Below, one piece after another: positions 11,239-23,279 of a stretch of DNA of 49,090 nucleotides. The notes below the pieces were generated by a model. The model was given only the letters and a program-made list of their open reading frames with translations, did no database searches and had not been told where the DNA came from. The position numbers and the translations under genes are program-made. This stretch comes from Octopus bimaculoides (taxonomy: Eukaryota), in assembly GCF_001194135.2 (NCBI RefSeq), contig NC_068988.1, positions 74,272,212-74,321,301 on the forward strand, given 5' to 3'. Position 1 is the stretch's first letter. The number at the start of each line of letters is the position of its first letter.

Positions 11239-12058
11239 TGAGAAGGATCCACATAAAACCACTTGAGAATTGGCAAAAGAACTTCAAGTTAGCCAGAAAA
11301 TTGCCTGCAACCATTTGCATGTGATCAGAAAATCAAAAAAGCTTGACAAATGGGTACCACATGATTTGAATGCAAATCAGAAAATGCACAGATATGAAAT
11401 TTGCTCATTGTTTCTTCTCCATAACCATACCAACTCTCGACTGTATGGTAACATGCAATGAAAAGTGAATTCTGTACAATAAGAGAAAATGTTCTTTGCA
11501 GTGGTTGGACCAAAATGAAGCACCAAAAACCTTCCCTAAGCCTGAACTCTTCAAAAAGAAGGTTATGGTGACTGGTTGTGTACTGCTGGACTCATGCACT
11601 ATAACTTCTTAAAACCTGGAAAAACCATTACTGCAGGAACATATTGCCAAAATGAACAAAAAACTGCTACTCTTCCATCCCAGATTGGTCAACAGAAGAG
11701 ATCCAGTAATTCTTCATGACAATGCTCAAACACATTTTACTAATGACGCTTCAGAAGTTGAGGGAACTTGGCTACGAAGTTCTTCCCCACCTAGCTTATT
11801 CCCCAAACCTTTCTCCTGCTGACTACCATTTTTTCAAGCACCTTTATGGTTTCCTGTGAGAGGAGTTCAAAAATCAAACCGATGCCGGAAGTGTGTTCAA
11901 AGAGTTCATCAGCTCCAGAACTCTAGGCTTTTATGTTACCAGAATAAGCAAACTTGTAACTCGTTGGCAAAAATGTGTTGATTGAAATGGTACTTATTTT
12001 GATGAATAAAATTTCTGCATTGTTGAAATATATTGTGGTGAATTTCATGTTTCAAAAC
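11239..12058 (+). mobile_element. Mariner element, 3' part (DD34D-type transposase pseudogene, partial right TIR)
   Basis: KLDKWVPHDL, VTCNEK*ILYN, ILHDNA, LAYSPNLSPADYHFF, RWQKCVD*NGTYFDE* (stop 12007-12009). 12041-12058 is the reverse complement of the inner part of the left TIR. Confidence 0.9.
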
Positions 12059-12062
12059 TAAA

Positions 12063-12162
12063 TACTATTTAGGTTGGAATGACTGTCTTTGCCTTGAAGC
12101 AATTTGAAACAATTTCAAAGTGTTATGCTAAATTGATCCCTGATGTCAAAGTTGTTGGCTAG
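12063..12162 (-). mobile_element. Upstream continuation of the RTE/RTEX-like LINE at 5780-7562
   Basis: LANNFDIRDQFSITL*NCFKLLQGKDSHSNLNSI joins in frame to YANFVSTHKKAVVE (from 7561 downward) once the mariner is removed. Confidence 0.65.
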
Positions 12163-13500
12163 TTTTTTCTTTTTTTTTTTTTACATGGAAGTCCCAGACA
12201 AAGTGTGAAGCCACTTAGTGTAAGGGACTAAGAAGAAAGAGAAATTAAAACAAAAGGGATTAATTTACTTTAGACTTGAAAAAGTTCATGTCACAAGTAG
12301 GAGGAAAACAATGACATAGAGAGTTCCAAATCTGGTATTTCGAAGAAAAAAAAAACTACAACTGTAGAAAGACTTCTTTATTCATGAAAGCACAACAGCA
12401 TCTGGATAAAAACACTGAATTTTGAGACAGGCAAGATGACACAAAGTGATCTGGAACTAAGAAAGTTCAGAGCACTTCCTGTGGCAATAGAAATAGAAAA
12501 TAATAAGATTGGAGTTGTCATGTTGATGTGATAAGAGTTGCAGAGTTGAAACAAGAGGAACCAATCAAATTAGAGATTAATTTCTGAACCTATTTGCAGA
12601 AATCCAAGTGACAACATGGTGCATCTCCCCAAATATGGCAACAAATATTCCATACAAGGACAAATTATGGATATGTAAAGATACAAAATGACCTTGGATG
12701 TGAGGGAATCCTTTCACTTATACAATGACCTTCCTTGTGGGAAGTAGATCTACCAATTGGTTGTAAGAGCCCAAGAAAGATCAAGTGAGAAAATGAGACA
12801 AACAATTCCAAAGATCTTTTCCTTAAATGGTCTGCCTATCTCAAGTGATACCTCAGAACTATAATTCATGTAAATGGGAGGAAGATAGGGATTCTGCTTC
12901 CTACTGAAAGACATGAGTTTGCTCTTACCAGGGTTGAAAGTTACCGTTTCTTGCTCTCACTTCTTAGCCTGCTGAGCCAGCAAATTCCAGTTGTTTCAAG
13001 GGAGAGAGATTCCCAGTAAAACTAGAATAAAGGGTAGTATCTTCAGCATAAACATTGATGTAAAGAAAGAACAGAGCCTTGGGGAATACTAGCATTGCTA
13101 GAATGCTCAGAAGTAATACTGTTCAGAGTGACAAGTACACAACAAGAAGGGAATGGCCTGATAATGTCAAAGATCTTTCGACATACACCATAGTTAGAGA
13201 ACTTTTAGAATGAACCAGCATGCCAAACCCTATCAAAGGCTTAGGATATATCAAGAACTACAGCATAAATCAGTAGATGCAGTTTGTAATAACAGTCAGA
13301 AAATCAGTAGTAGAATGAAAGCCATACTGAACATTAACAAGGAGCCCCAAGCTTTCAAGAAACTCAACCAACCTGTTGGTTGTTTCCAGCTATATGGAGG
13401 TTTCTTCAAGTACATCTTTCTACGTGCATGTATATGCAGTTGGAATCAACTCAATATGATGTGATGATCTGAAGATATGCCCTTGAAAGAGATGAATGCT
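12163..13500 (-). mobile_element. CR1/L2-group LINE RT remnant with poly(A) tail
   Basis: Minus strand: LLVNVQYGF, VLDIS*AFDRVWHAG, IPQGSVL, INVYAEDTTLY (13039-13050; YADD changed to YAED). The T-run at 12163-12182 is the poly(A) tail. Confidence 0.8.
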
Positions 13501-13789
13501 GTTGAGATCTATTTTTCATTGATAAAGATGTAGATGATTTGAGGCTTAGGAAAAAAATATTTATGATATTTGCTGACTCCTAATTATGCATTCATATTGC
13601 CACCAAAAATCCCATGTAAAATCTGTTTGAATTAAAAAAAATATTCCTATCAGGAAGGCACATAACCATTGGCTATTCTGAAAAGGAGTCAGTTCATCTC
13701 AACAACTGAATATCATTAACATGTATCCTGTAGTTCTAGCTTTTGGAGTTTGTAAATAAAGTTTAACAGTGTCTGTGAGTGAGAGTGAG

Positions 13790-14160
13790 AGGGGCAAACG
13801 CACACACACACATATATGTGTGTGCATGTTTACATATGTGTGTATGCATATGTATATATGTGCGTATATACAACCTTCAACAAAGTAACTGTTATGTATA
13901 CAACTTGAACTGACGCACATATCAGTACATAAACATACATTCACATGTACATACATATGCACACACACACACACACACAAACACGTCTACACACTTACCC
14001 TATTACTCACGTACATCCATAAGTATACACGTGCATACTCACATACATATATACATACATGTGTATCGGCATGCACACATGCATACGCATGTACACAGAT
14101 GCATACGCGCACACATGTACACGCACATACATACATACATACACATGTACATATATATCA
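13790..14160. repeat. Degenerate CA/TA/CATA low-complexity tract
   Basis: Direct reading. Confidence 0.9.
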
Positions 14161-15909
14161 TGAACTAACTATTACTTTCTCAGATGCAGCACAGAATTTT
14201 GTCAGTGAACAGGTCGCGGTCTCAAAGCGACAAAAATATTTTGACAAATTAAATTTAAATGTTGAAGTGAATCTAACGGATTTTGTGTGTTATTTTAAAT
14301 AGCTTATAAACACCTTCTACGCTACAATTGTTTTCGTTCCAGCACACAATCTCAGATCAGGTCACTTGCTATGCAAGTGCATCTCTGTAATAAATAAAGT
14401 TTCTTTTCTGAGATTTTAAAAAAGATTCTGCACATTTAGGTCAACTATGGATGTAGTCCTCTACATCACATCGAATGTCCAGATCACTATGGTTCAACTT
14501 CTATATGATTATATGCTGCTGTTATGATTACATAACTACATGTCTATGACTATCTATACTATAATAACAAAAGCTGCTTATTAATTAAAAGCAATTCTTG
14601 AAGTCTACACTGTCTAGAAAATACTTAAAAATTATAATTTTAACATATTGTTATCGAAATGTGGCTTTCAAGATTCTTTCATTATTGAAGATTTCAATTA
14701 CAAACTTATCTGAATTTACTATGAGACAGTTAATGTTCCCTCTTTGTCTTTTTTTCTCATATACTTCATGTTGCTACTTTCCACAAATGTATCAGTAAAA
14801 ACATTTGTGTCAGCCAAATTATGTTGATTTCAATATCATTTTATATTTGTTGGATGTTTTTGAAGAATGAGAAAGCTGAAGAAGAAAAGTGGTTTTAATT
14901 TACTTCAATTGTACCAAATATAAACTCGTCCCATTTTCTTTCAACTAAACAATTTTATTGTCATGCACAGTGTTTTAAAAAAGAAAACCATTATAGCTTC
15001 CTCAAAGCCATTTAAATTACACACATAGAAATATTACTAGTTTAACTAGGAGCAACCTTTAATTAGATGATCTCCAAACATCAAAAATTTTCAAACAACA
15101 AAATGAAGAAACACTCTCCTTTAAAACATATCAAAAATATAATATCTTATTAAATTAAGCAAATACTTTCCTGAGCTGATGGTTATACCAGTGTGGTGAT
15201 TATTCTCCAGTGTAGAATTTGGGATCCATATCGGTTGGTCACCAATTTATATGGTGGGAATATACATTCAGTACCAGGTGTTGCTATGGCTGTGTGTATA
15301 TTATTACAAGAGTTCTTACAGAGAAGAAGAATAAATTTAAAAACTATATGTTTACGACATAAAAATATATTTTATTTATTGGTCGATGTTGAAACATAAT
15401 CAAAATGTAGAATCTAGTTGAATGAAGTAATCTATGCAAGAAAGTTCAGAGATAGGAAATATAGAAATAACAGCTAAGTGGTGGTTTTCAGTCATGTGAT
15501 GTAGAGAAATAGACGGACAAAGCAATGACGTGAATGGCTCTAAGTCTAATCGACAAAGAAGTGAAGAGCAGGGTTAGCAAGCTATTTTTATTAATGGAAT
15601 GCTAGACATTCTAGAAACTTCCAAGAGAAATGCTAGGCTTGTTGAATAATTAAGAATCATGTCTCATGACACAGATGCTTCGAGAAACCTAGTAAAGGGA
15701 GGTTACTCTGTAATCTTTCTTGCAAGAGAGATCGTTCAACTATTTAGCTGCTGCTACACCAGCTTCCTTCAAGTCATTAACTACAAACTTAGAGTTTAAG
15801 TTCAGGCCATCATGAGTTGCTACACCCATACATATATATCATTCTAACAAATATTGTAGATTTCCTCCACTTATGGATTTTATATTGTATATTGTCAAAA
15901 ATTATGCAC

Positions 15910-16345
15910 CATATCCTTCAGCAATGGCACACCAGCTACATATTTGGCTTATGTTATATCCTTGGATATTGTGATGTCTTACATCTTTGACCAGTAGAAT
16001 GTCAAGTACAGCTTAGAACAAAGACATCTGCCAGTTCCTTGATCAGTGGATGTCTTGCTACATGCTTGACCAATGATATGTCTGTCACTTCCTTAACCAG
16101 TGGATTCATTACTATATAATTGGCCAAGGGAATGTTACATCCTTATCCAGTAGCATGTCTGCTACATACTTGACTAATGGCTTGTCCATTACATTCCTTG
16201 ATTAATGATTTGTTTTCCACATCCTTGACCAATAACAAGTCTGGTACACTTTTTATTAACAAGATATCTGTTAAATCCTAGATCAATGACATGTCTATTA
16301 CATGCTTGACCAATGACATGTCTGCTACATCCTTGATCACTATGT
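15910..16345. repeat. Degenerate 27-bp minisatellite, about 16 units (consensus near TACATCCTTGACCAATGACATGTCTGC)
   Basis: Unit starts at 15980, 16007, 16032, 16059, 16086, 16113, 16136, 16163, 16190, 16218, 16245, 16272, 16299 and 16326, mostly 27 apart; also 15910 and 15937. Confidence 0.85.
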
Positions 16346-17613
16346 ATCTTAGATATTTTTGAATCTCATGTTTACTACAAACTTGTGGAAATAAGTACCA
16401 TCCCAATCAATACCTCTTGAATCTGCTACATTGGCACTGGCTTGCTTTAAAAAAAGTATACTTCTTTCAAAAAAGTTGTCCTTATGTTTTGACACTGACT
16501 AAAACCTGCTGAGGGCACTCCCAACAGGTTTTTTTCAGAAATATATTTAGAATAGTACTATCATGTCTGTGTATTCCACACATTAGTAGCTTATATGGTA
16601 CAATAATTCATATCTACACCTGTATGTTATAAAAGATAGGATAGTCATTTTAACTGTTTCTTTGATGAATCTAACCCTTTTAAGATACCTTTAGGTTTGT
16701 ATTTACTCACAGTTAAGGTTGTTCATCATTTCTTTCCATCTCTGTAGAAATAGCTAAAATTAACTGTTTATATATTTGGATATATAAAAGGCAGGATGTG
16801 TGTGTGTGTGTGTGTATGAATGTAATTTATGCACGTCTACAAATTAGCACGCATGTCACTCCAATTTTAGGAAGACATTCGTCATGATCCTATCTGCATT
16901 TTCGTCAACTTTTTCTCTCAGAGGCACCTGCGTATAGCTGTAAAAATCGATTTTCAACCATAACTTTTACCAATTTTGAATTTTGCTAACATGGCAAAGT
17001 CAAAGTGTGCGTATGCATGTGATGGAAAGAGACAAATTGTGTTGATGTATGTGTGAGAGATAGAGATCGTTTGCCAGCATCTAACAAAAAAAAACAGTAA
17101 AGAAAAAGTGGGAGAGGGAGACAGAAAGCGTCTAATGAAAGAAAAAGTGGGAGAGGGGAATAAGGAAGACAGAGTGTCAGCGTTCATGAAAAATGAAAAC
17201 GTAAAATGCTTTTTTTTTTCTTAAACATGAGATATAGTTTCAAATATAGGATGTTTTTGAAAGACACTATATTTTATAATGAGATTATATATACTTTCTC
17301 ACACAACAATTAAAATATATTTATTTTAAATCGTTCGTCTTTCTCCCCCCTCTCATTCCCTCTCACACACACACATACTACTTTGGGAACGAAAGAGTTT
17401 TGTTTATATTTCACGCCGAAGGAAAAAGTTTATTGACAATCCATTTATTTAACAACAATGAAACAAAGATGTATGTAACAATTTGTCAGTGAATTACACA
17501 ATATAAGTAGGTAAAATTTCCGAGGCTTCCACCACACACCAACCCGTTTTTCAGACCACAAAAAGGGTTTGGTAATTTTTCAGATTAACACCCGCATGAT
17601 TTCCACTAGGGTG

Positions 17614-17672
17614 TTAGGGTTAGGGTTTTTTGGGTTAGGTTTAGGGTTATGGTTATGATTAGGATTAGGGTT
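17614..17672 (+). repeat. Short degenerate interstitial (TTAGGG)n-like tract
   Basis: TTAGGGTTAGGG...GGGTTAGGTTTAGGGTTATGGTTATGATTAGGATTAGGGTT. Confidence 0.75.
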
Positions 17673-18346
17673 GGTGTTATTTCTATTTCACTGCTATCTT
17701 GGAGGAGACACTCTCCTTACTCTTCACTAACAGCCTCTAAATTGGCAAGGAACTAGTGGAGGAGATACACTTTAATATTTACATTATATCCAAGCTTCTA
17801 AAAGTGAAAAGTAATTTTTTTTCAGATATTCATAGTTTTTAGACTTCTCATTGTCCAATACAAAAAGTTTCTCTCAACTTCTGGTAATGCTACCCATGTA
17901 TTTTTCTCAACAGGTTAAACTTATAAATAACACATTCTTCTTTAATGTTCTTAGGCCCCTCAAATATACTTGCCTTCAATGTCTTTTGATTTACAGCATA
18001 ATATTTTCTGCCTAGATATTCTGTACTTTGAAATCTAGTCTCATATAAAGTGCTGTGAAAATGGTGTTTTCTGGTTTTACTAGGTGGTGAAGCTGTTCAT
18101 GTTGTTTTCCAACACTAATATCTCTTCTTTCTGACTATTATTTTATCATTCAACCTGACTGTCCCATTAAAAAAAAAAACAACAAAAATTCTGATTGGGT
18201 AAGTTATATGTAAGCCCCTTTCTAATATCTGCAAATCATCCAAATGTAAAGTAGTTGAAGTTTTCATTTCCACTTTTGTTGTTACATCACTTTCTTTTAG
18301 ATGTACCTTACAAAATCACTGTTTCATTACTCACCAAAACCCACAT

Positions 18347-18571
18347 TCCTTTAGCATTTAAACTGGCCAAATTGAGCACAAATATTCTACATGTTCTATG
18401 TTAAAACCTTCCAGATTTGGCCTCTCACACCTACCCTACAAGGTCATTCTTAAAGTAAGCGATCACATTAATCAAAATCTCAAAACTACAAGATAATGCA
18501 AGATTACTTCTAAACAATATGAATAAATGAGCATTACATTTGACAGAATAACCTGTATGCTAAAGGGTTAA
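18347..18571. mobile_element. piggyBac-type MITE, about 220 bp
   Basis: CCTTTAGCA (18348-18356) and TGCTAAAGGG (18558-18567) are inverted termini; TTAA follows the right end. The left TTAA is not preserved. Confidence 0.55.
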
Positions 18572-20543
18572 ACTGTCCTTCAGAGTTTTCAGTGATAAGT
18601 CACCATTTGTCTGATTTATATCGACATTCCATTACATTTAACAAACCATTAACCTCATGACAGTAATGTCATCTTCTATACTAAACAACTGCAACAGATT
18701 TGCTCTTCCCAGGGCTGCAGTTTATTTTGATTAAGTCCAAGACATAATAAAAATGCTGAGCATTTTAAAGATCTAAATTTGCCCTCAACCACTTTAATTC
18801 AAACTGGTTATGGTGCCCCTGTACTAGTTTCATACTCAATAACTGCCTTAGATGTGTAGCACTTCGTGTTACTGATGTAATCAAACTCATTAAATTTCAA
18901 GTACATCATCAGAGTCAGGTTTTATGGCTGACAGCAAGTCTGAGTAAACTAGCTTTGATTAGGTCCTTCAGCTATGCCTAGAAATATCAACTCTGCAAAA
19001 ATAGCAATCTTCAAAATGGTTTTGTTGGATCTCTCCTGGCCATTGATACCTTAAAGCTCTTTCTCTTTCTTTTAGTCTATTGTCTTAGATTTATGTGCAA
19101 GCCTGGAAGTGAGGAGGCCATGATTTGCTTTGATTACATAATTTCATGCCAAAATATGATATATGTTCTAACAAAATCTCAAACAAGTTGCCACTGTTAT
19201 ACTATTGCAGATGATTCACAAATGTAATAGAAGACATCCAGGCTGTGCATACACTTCCTATACCCAATAATATGAGCCATATTACAAGTTTAACCTAGTA
19301 ATGACAGAATACAAAGATATGCAGTATCAACCATAGTTTAAATGCAGTTTAGTGGCTGAAAGTGCAATCGTCTAATGCTAAAATAATGAATCATATGCTT
19401 GCAGTCATCAAAATTAGTTTTGTACACAAAGCTACCTGAGAAACAGGCTGTGACACAGTCACATTTCATACTATGAGCTAAGTTGTTTATGATCATCAAA
19501 AATATTTACAAGCAAGAGATAATGTGTATGATAATAAAATGGCTACATCAGCTGGTTATTGGTCCTCACTAAACTACAACAAAGATGGACCCTTCTTCAG
19601 ATACTGTGTACAATATAATGGCTACAGCAGCTGCTTGTAGCATCTCATAAACTACAACAGAAATTAAACCTTCTTCTCTCATCTACCATTGTAATTCACT
19701 TACTGTTGTAACTAGGGATAATCAGGGATTGCTATTTTTATATGGTTTAAAAATAATAGTCTCTCTCTCTAAAACCTAGTATTTACCTGTCATATTGCAG
19801 TTTTAGCAATATTTATTTACAATAATTGGCATTAGTGCTGATAGAGTTGAACTTAATAGCTGCAGCAAATAAACAAAATTGTGTTGCTGTGCAACTAGCA
19901 TCCACAAATGGAGGTTACCATAAACCAGCAAATACTGAAAATATCAAAACACCCATCTATCTGCAGAATTCTATTGAATCAGTGAAGCAATATGATCACT
20001 TTCACTAAAACCAAGCTACTAAAATGTTCTGACATCAAGTGTTTCAAGATATAGGAACCACATTCCTTAAGTTTATAGTTATGGATGGAGACAATGTTAT
20101 ACAATATTTTATTTTAGTGTTTTCACTAGAGATTAAATTTAAAAAATTGATTCCTCACATGTAAATAACAGAAAATAACATCCAACAAACACTTTCATTT
20201 TTTTGTTACTGTATTTCTGCTGAAATACACTAACTTAGTTTTAATTAATTTTGAAAATAATGAAGAATTTAGCAAAATGACTGTCATTATCAAGCTAGTG
20301 TTTGGAACATAAATTAACATGAAATTTAGATAGGTTTTAATATAGATATCTTTAAATCAGGAAGTTTGTATTAGAGAACTGGGGGGGGGGGGGTGTTAGG
20401 AAGGTTGGTATGAAAAGGGTTAGTGTTTTCTTGTGGATAACAAAACTTAAACACCAAAATAAAGAAATTCTGACATTTTTCAAGATAGATGTTGCCTTAT
20501 ACAACATAGTAAAACAAGTTTAGAGTTGCAAGAAAATGATTTC

Positions 20544-22301
20544 TTAAGTTTCACAGTTAATAAGATTCCTTCCAATGTGTTTTTGTTTGTGTCTTTTTAA
20601 ATAATCGTTAGAGATAAATGATTTCTCACATAGTTCACAGCGAAATGGTTTTTCTCCAGTGTGACAACGTATGTGGATAATAAGATTTGAATTATTAACA
20701 AAGGATTTCCCACATATTTCACACTGAAATGGTTTCTCTCCAGTGTGGATTCTTTTGTGTGCTGCTAAATGACCATTAGTGATAAAAGATTTACCACATA
20801 TATCACAGTGGAATGGTTTCTCTCCAGTGTGGATCATTTTATGTGTTTTTAAGAGTCCATTAGTAATGAATGATTTTCCACACATTTCACAGTAGAATGG
20901 TTTCTCTCCAGTGTGTGTTCTTTTGTGACTTGTCAAATAACTATTAGAGACAAAAGATTTTCCACACATTTCACAGTTGAAGGGTTTCTCTCCAGTGTGT
21001 ATCCTTTTGTGACTTGTTAAGTAACTATTATCAACAAAAGATTTACCACATATTTCACACTGATAAGGTTTTTCTCCAGTGTGACTACGTTTGTGGATAA
21101 CAAGATGAGAATTATTAATGAAAGATTTCCCACAGATTTCACAGTGGAAGGGTTTTTCTCCACTGTGAATTCTTCTATGTCTGTTTAAATCACTATTATT
21201 CACAAAAGATTTCCCACATATTTCACAGCAATATGGTTGTTCCCCAGTGTGTATACGTTGGTGAACTGTAAGCTTAGAGTTAGAGACAAAAGATTCCTCA
21301 CAAATTTCACAGTGGAAAGGTTTTTCCCCAGTATGTCTACGTATATGGATTGTAAGCTTAGAATTCTCAATGAAAGATTTCCCACATATTTCACAGTGAT
21401 AGGGTTTTTCTCCAGTGTGAATTCTCTTGTGAACAATAAGACCAGAATTAACACAGAAGGATTTCCCACATATATCACAATGGAATGGTTTTTCTCCAGA
21501 GTGTATTCTTTTGTGACTTGTTAAATAATTATTATCAACAAAAGATTTCCCACAAATTCCACAGTGAAATGGGTTTTTTCCACTGTGTATTTGTTTATGT
21601 GTTTTTAAGAGACCATTAGTGATAAATGATTTCCCACATATTTCACAATGGAAGGGTTTTTCTCCTGTGTGCCTACGCTTGTGGATGACAAGATTTGAAT
21701 TTTGAGTGAAAAATTTTCCACATATTTCACAGTGAAACAATTTTTCTCCAGTGTGTACTCTTATGTGTGCTGTTAACTTACTGTTTGTGATAAATGATTT
21801 TCCACATATTTCACAGCGACATGGTTTTTCTCCAGTGTGTATCTTTTTGTGCCTGTTCAAATCACTATTATTAACAAAAGATTTCCCACACACTTCACAG
21901 GAGTAAGGTTTTTCTCCAGTATGTATTCTTTTGTGACTTGTTAAATTACTGTTAGATACAAAATATTTCCCACATATTTCACAGTGATAGGGTTTTTCTC
22001 CAGTATGCATTCTTTTATGACTTATTAAATTGCTGTTATATGCAAAAGACTTGCCACAAGCTTCACAATGATAGGGCTTTTCCTTATTGTGTATTTCTTT
22101 GTGAGTGAACACTTCATGTTCTGAAGAGAATGCTTTCTTACAAATCGCACAGCAATAATCAGAAATATTTCTATTTACTGATGTCTTTTCATTAAATGTT
22201 CCACTTGCTAAAGGTTTCTCACCACTGATTGTCTGTGTAATTGAGTCTACATTGTTACAAACAGTTATGTTAGCAGTGTTCAACTCACTAATGTCCTCCA
22301 T
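20544..22301 (-). CDS. C2H2 zinc-finger protein, 585 aa, 19 tandem fingers, no recognisable effector domain
   Basis: Uninterrupted ORF; 19 CX2CX12HX3H units with TGEKP-type linkers from residue ~51 to the end; 84-bp periodicity; short non-finger N-terminus. Confidence 0.95.
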   Translation of the reverse strand: MEDISELNTANITVCNNVDSITQTISGEKPLASGTFNEKTSVNRNISDYCCAICKKAFSSEHEVFTHKEIHNKEKPYHCEACGKSFAYNSNLISHKRMHTGEKPYHCEICGKYFVSNSNLTSHKRIHTGEKPYSCEVCGKSFVNNSDLNRHKKIHTGEKPCRCEICGKSFITNSKLTAHIRVHTGEKLFHCEICGKFFTQNSNLVIHKRRHTGEKPFHCEICGKSFITNGLLKTHKQIHSGKNPFHCGICGKSFVDNNYLTSHKRIHSGEKPFHCDICGKSFCVNSGLIVHKRIHTGEKPYHCEICGKSFIENSKLTIHIRRHTGEKPFHCEICEESFVSNSKLTVHQRIHTGEQPYCCEICGKSFVNNSDLNRHRRIHSGEKPFHCEICGKSFINNSHLVIHKRSHTGEKPYQCEICGKSFVDNSYLTSHKRIHTGEKPFNCEMCGKSFVSNSYLTSHKRTHTGEKPFYCEMCGKSFITNGLLKTHKMIHTGEKPFHCDICGKSFITNGHLAAHKRIHTGEKPFQCEICGKSFVNNSNLIIHIRCHTGEKPFRCELCEKSFISNDYLKRHKQKHIGRNLINCET

Positions 22302-22434
22302 ATCAATTCTTGAAGAATTCTTAAAAATTGAGAAATGTCTGCAACTATGATATATTGTGGTTCAGTTTCTTGCCTTGAATACCATGGTCCTACGTTTATA
22401 TGCGAGGGAAATATACAATGTACTGTTTACTTAC

Positions 22435-22482
22435 CACTAAAATGTTTGTTACTAACTGGATCCTCTCCCAGTGGCACATGTA
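22435..22482 (-). other. Predicted 48-nt upstream exon of the zinc-finger gene
   Basis: Minus strand: acceptor GTGTTTTTGCCTACAG| (AG at 22484-22483) and donor G|GTAAGT (22434-22429). Candidate downstream acceptors TTTCTCAATTTTTAAG| (exon from 22319) or TTGCAG| (exon from 22338). Confidence 0.55.
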
Positions 22483-22838
22483 CTGTAGGCAAAAACACTT
22501 CTATTTTTATGTTAATAAATGCAGATATGATTAATGTATGTTACACAGGCTAAAACATAGACAATCCATAAATAACTGGTAACCGACTTTCAGGTGGAAA
22601 CAGTCTTCTATAACAAGTTGTAATGGTTCACTGTTAGCACAGCTGTAAAGTAAGAAAAGATAGAATGGCATAAGACTGAGGTTGGGTTAAGAAAATGTGA
22701 GGCATGTGTGTGCGTGTGTGTGTGTGTGTGTACATATCTATGCGCAAGTGTATTCATAATATATCAGGGTTGTTTACCGTCTATAGTAGAATGTGTAACA
22801 AAGCTGATAACCAAAAGGTTAATATATAGTTTAACTTC

Positions 22839-23220
22839 CGGTCACCAAAACAAAAAAAAATATCCAGTCTAATAGGGGTAAAAAAAATGTGTAGAAAATG
22901 AATATGAAAACAAAAATTTGCACAAATGAAAGGGTAGGTGGGGAGATGACTTTCGAAAAATGGATATCTATTAATGAAATTCTATAAAAAAATACCATTC
23001 AAATGGCATAGATTATGATCATAAAGAAATCTGTAGGGAAAATCTTTTCCGAAGGGGTGGGAGAAGACTGTCAGAAAATTCACATGATCCGATTTTTTCC
23101 TTCATAACTCATAGGATCTAGTTTAGCACCTGGTCATCAAAACAAAGAAAAGAAAGAAACAGTCTAATAGGAGTAAAAAAATGTGTAGAAAACGAATATG
23201 AAAACAAAAAATTGCATGTG
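22839..23220 (+). mobile_element. Left arm(s) of a non-autonomous DNA element with long inverted arms
   Basis: GGTCACCAAAAC...CAGTCTAATAGG...TGTGTAGAAAA(T/C)GAATATGAAAACAAAAA occurs twice (22839 and about 23129); it is the reverse complement of 27130-27435. Confidence 0.7.
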
Positions 23221-23279
23221 TATATATATATAATATGAATAATATATAAATATATGCATATATACATACATATATGTGT

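Noticed and set aside
15910-16345. CRISPR-like array
   Set aside because: Contiguous tandem units with no unique spacers, no cas genes and a eukaryotic context.
19538-19690. 79-bp two-copy tandem duplication downstream of the ZF stop
   Set aside because: Only two diverged copies, with no snoRNA boxes or structure evident.
21200-21524. Alternative-frame and antisense ORFs over the ZF gene
   Set aside because: Shadows of the 84-bp periodic coding sequence.
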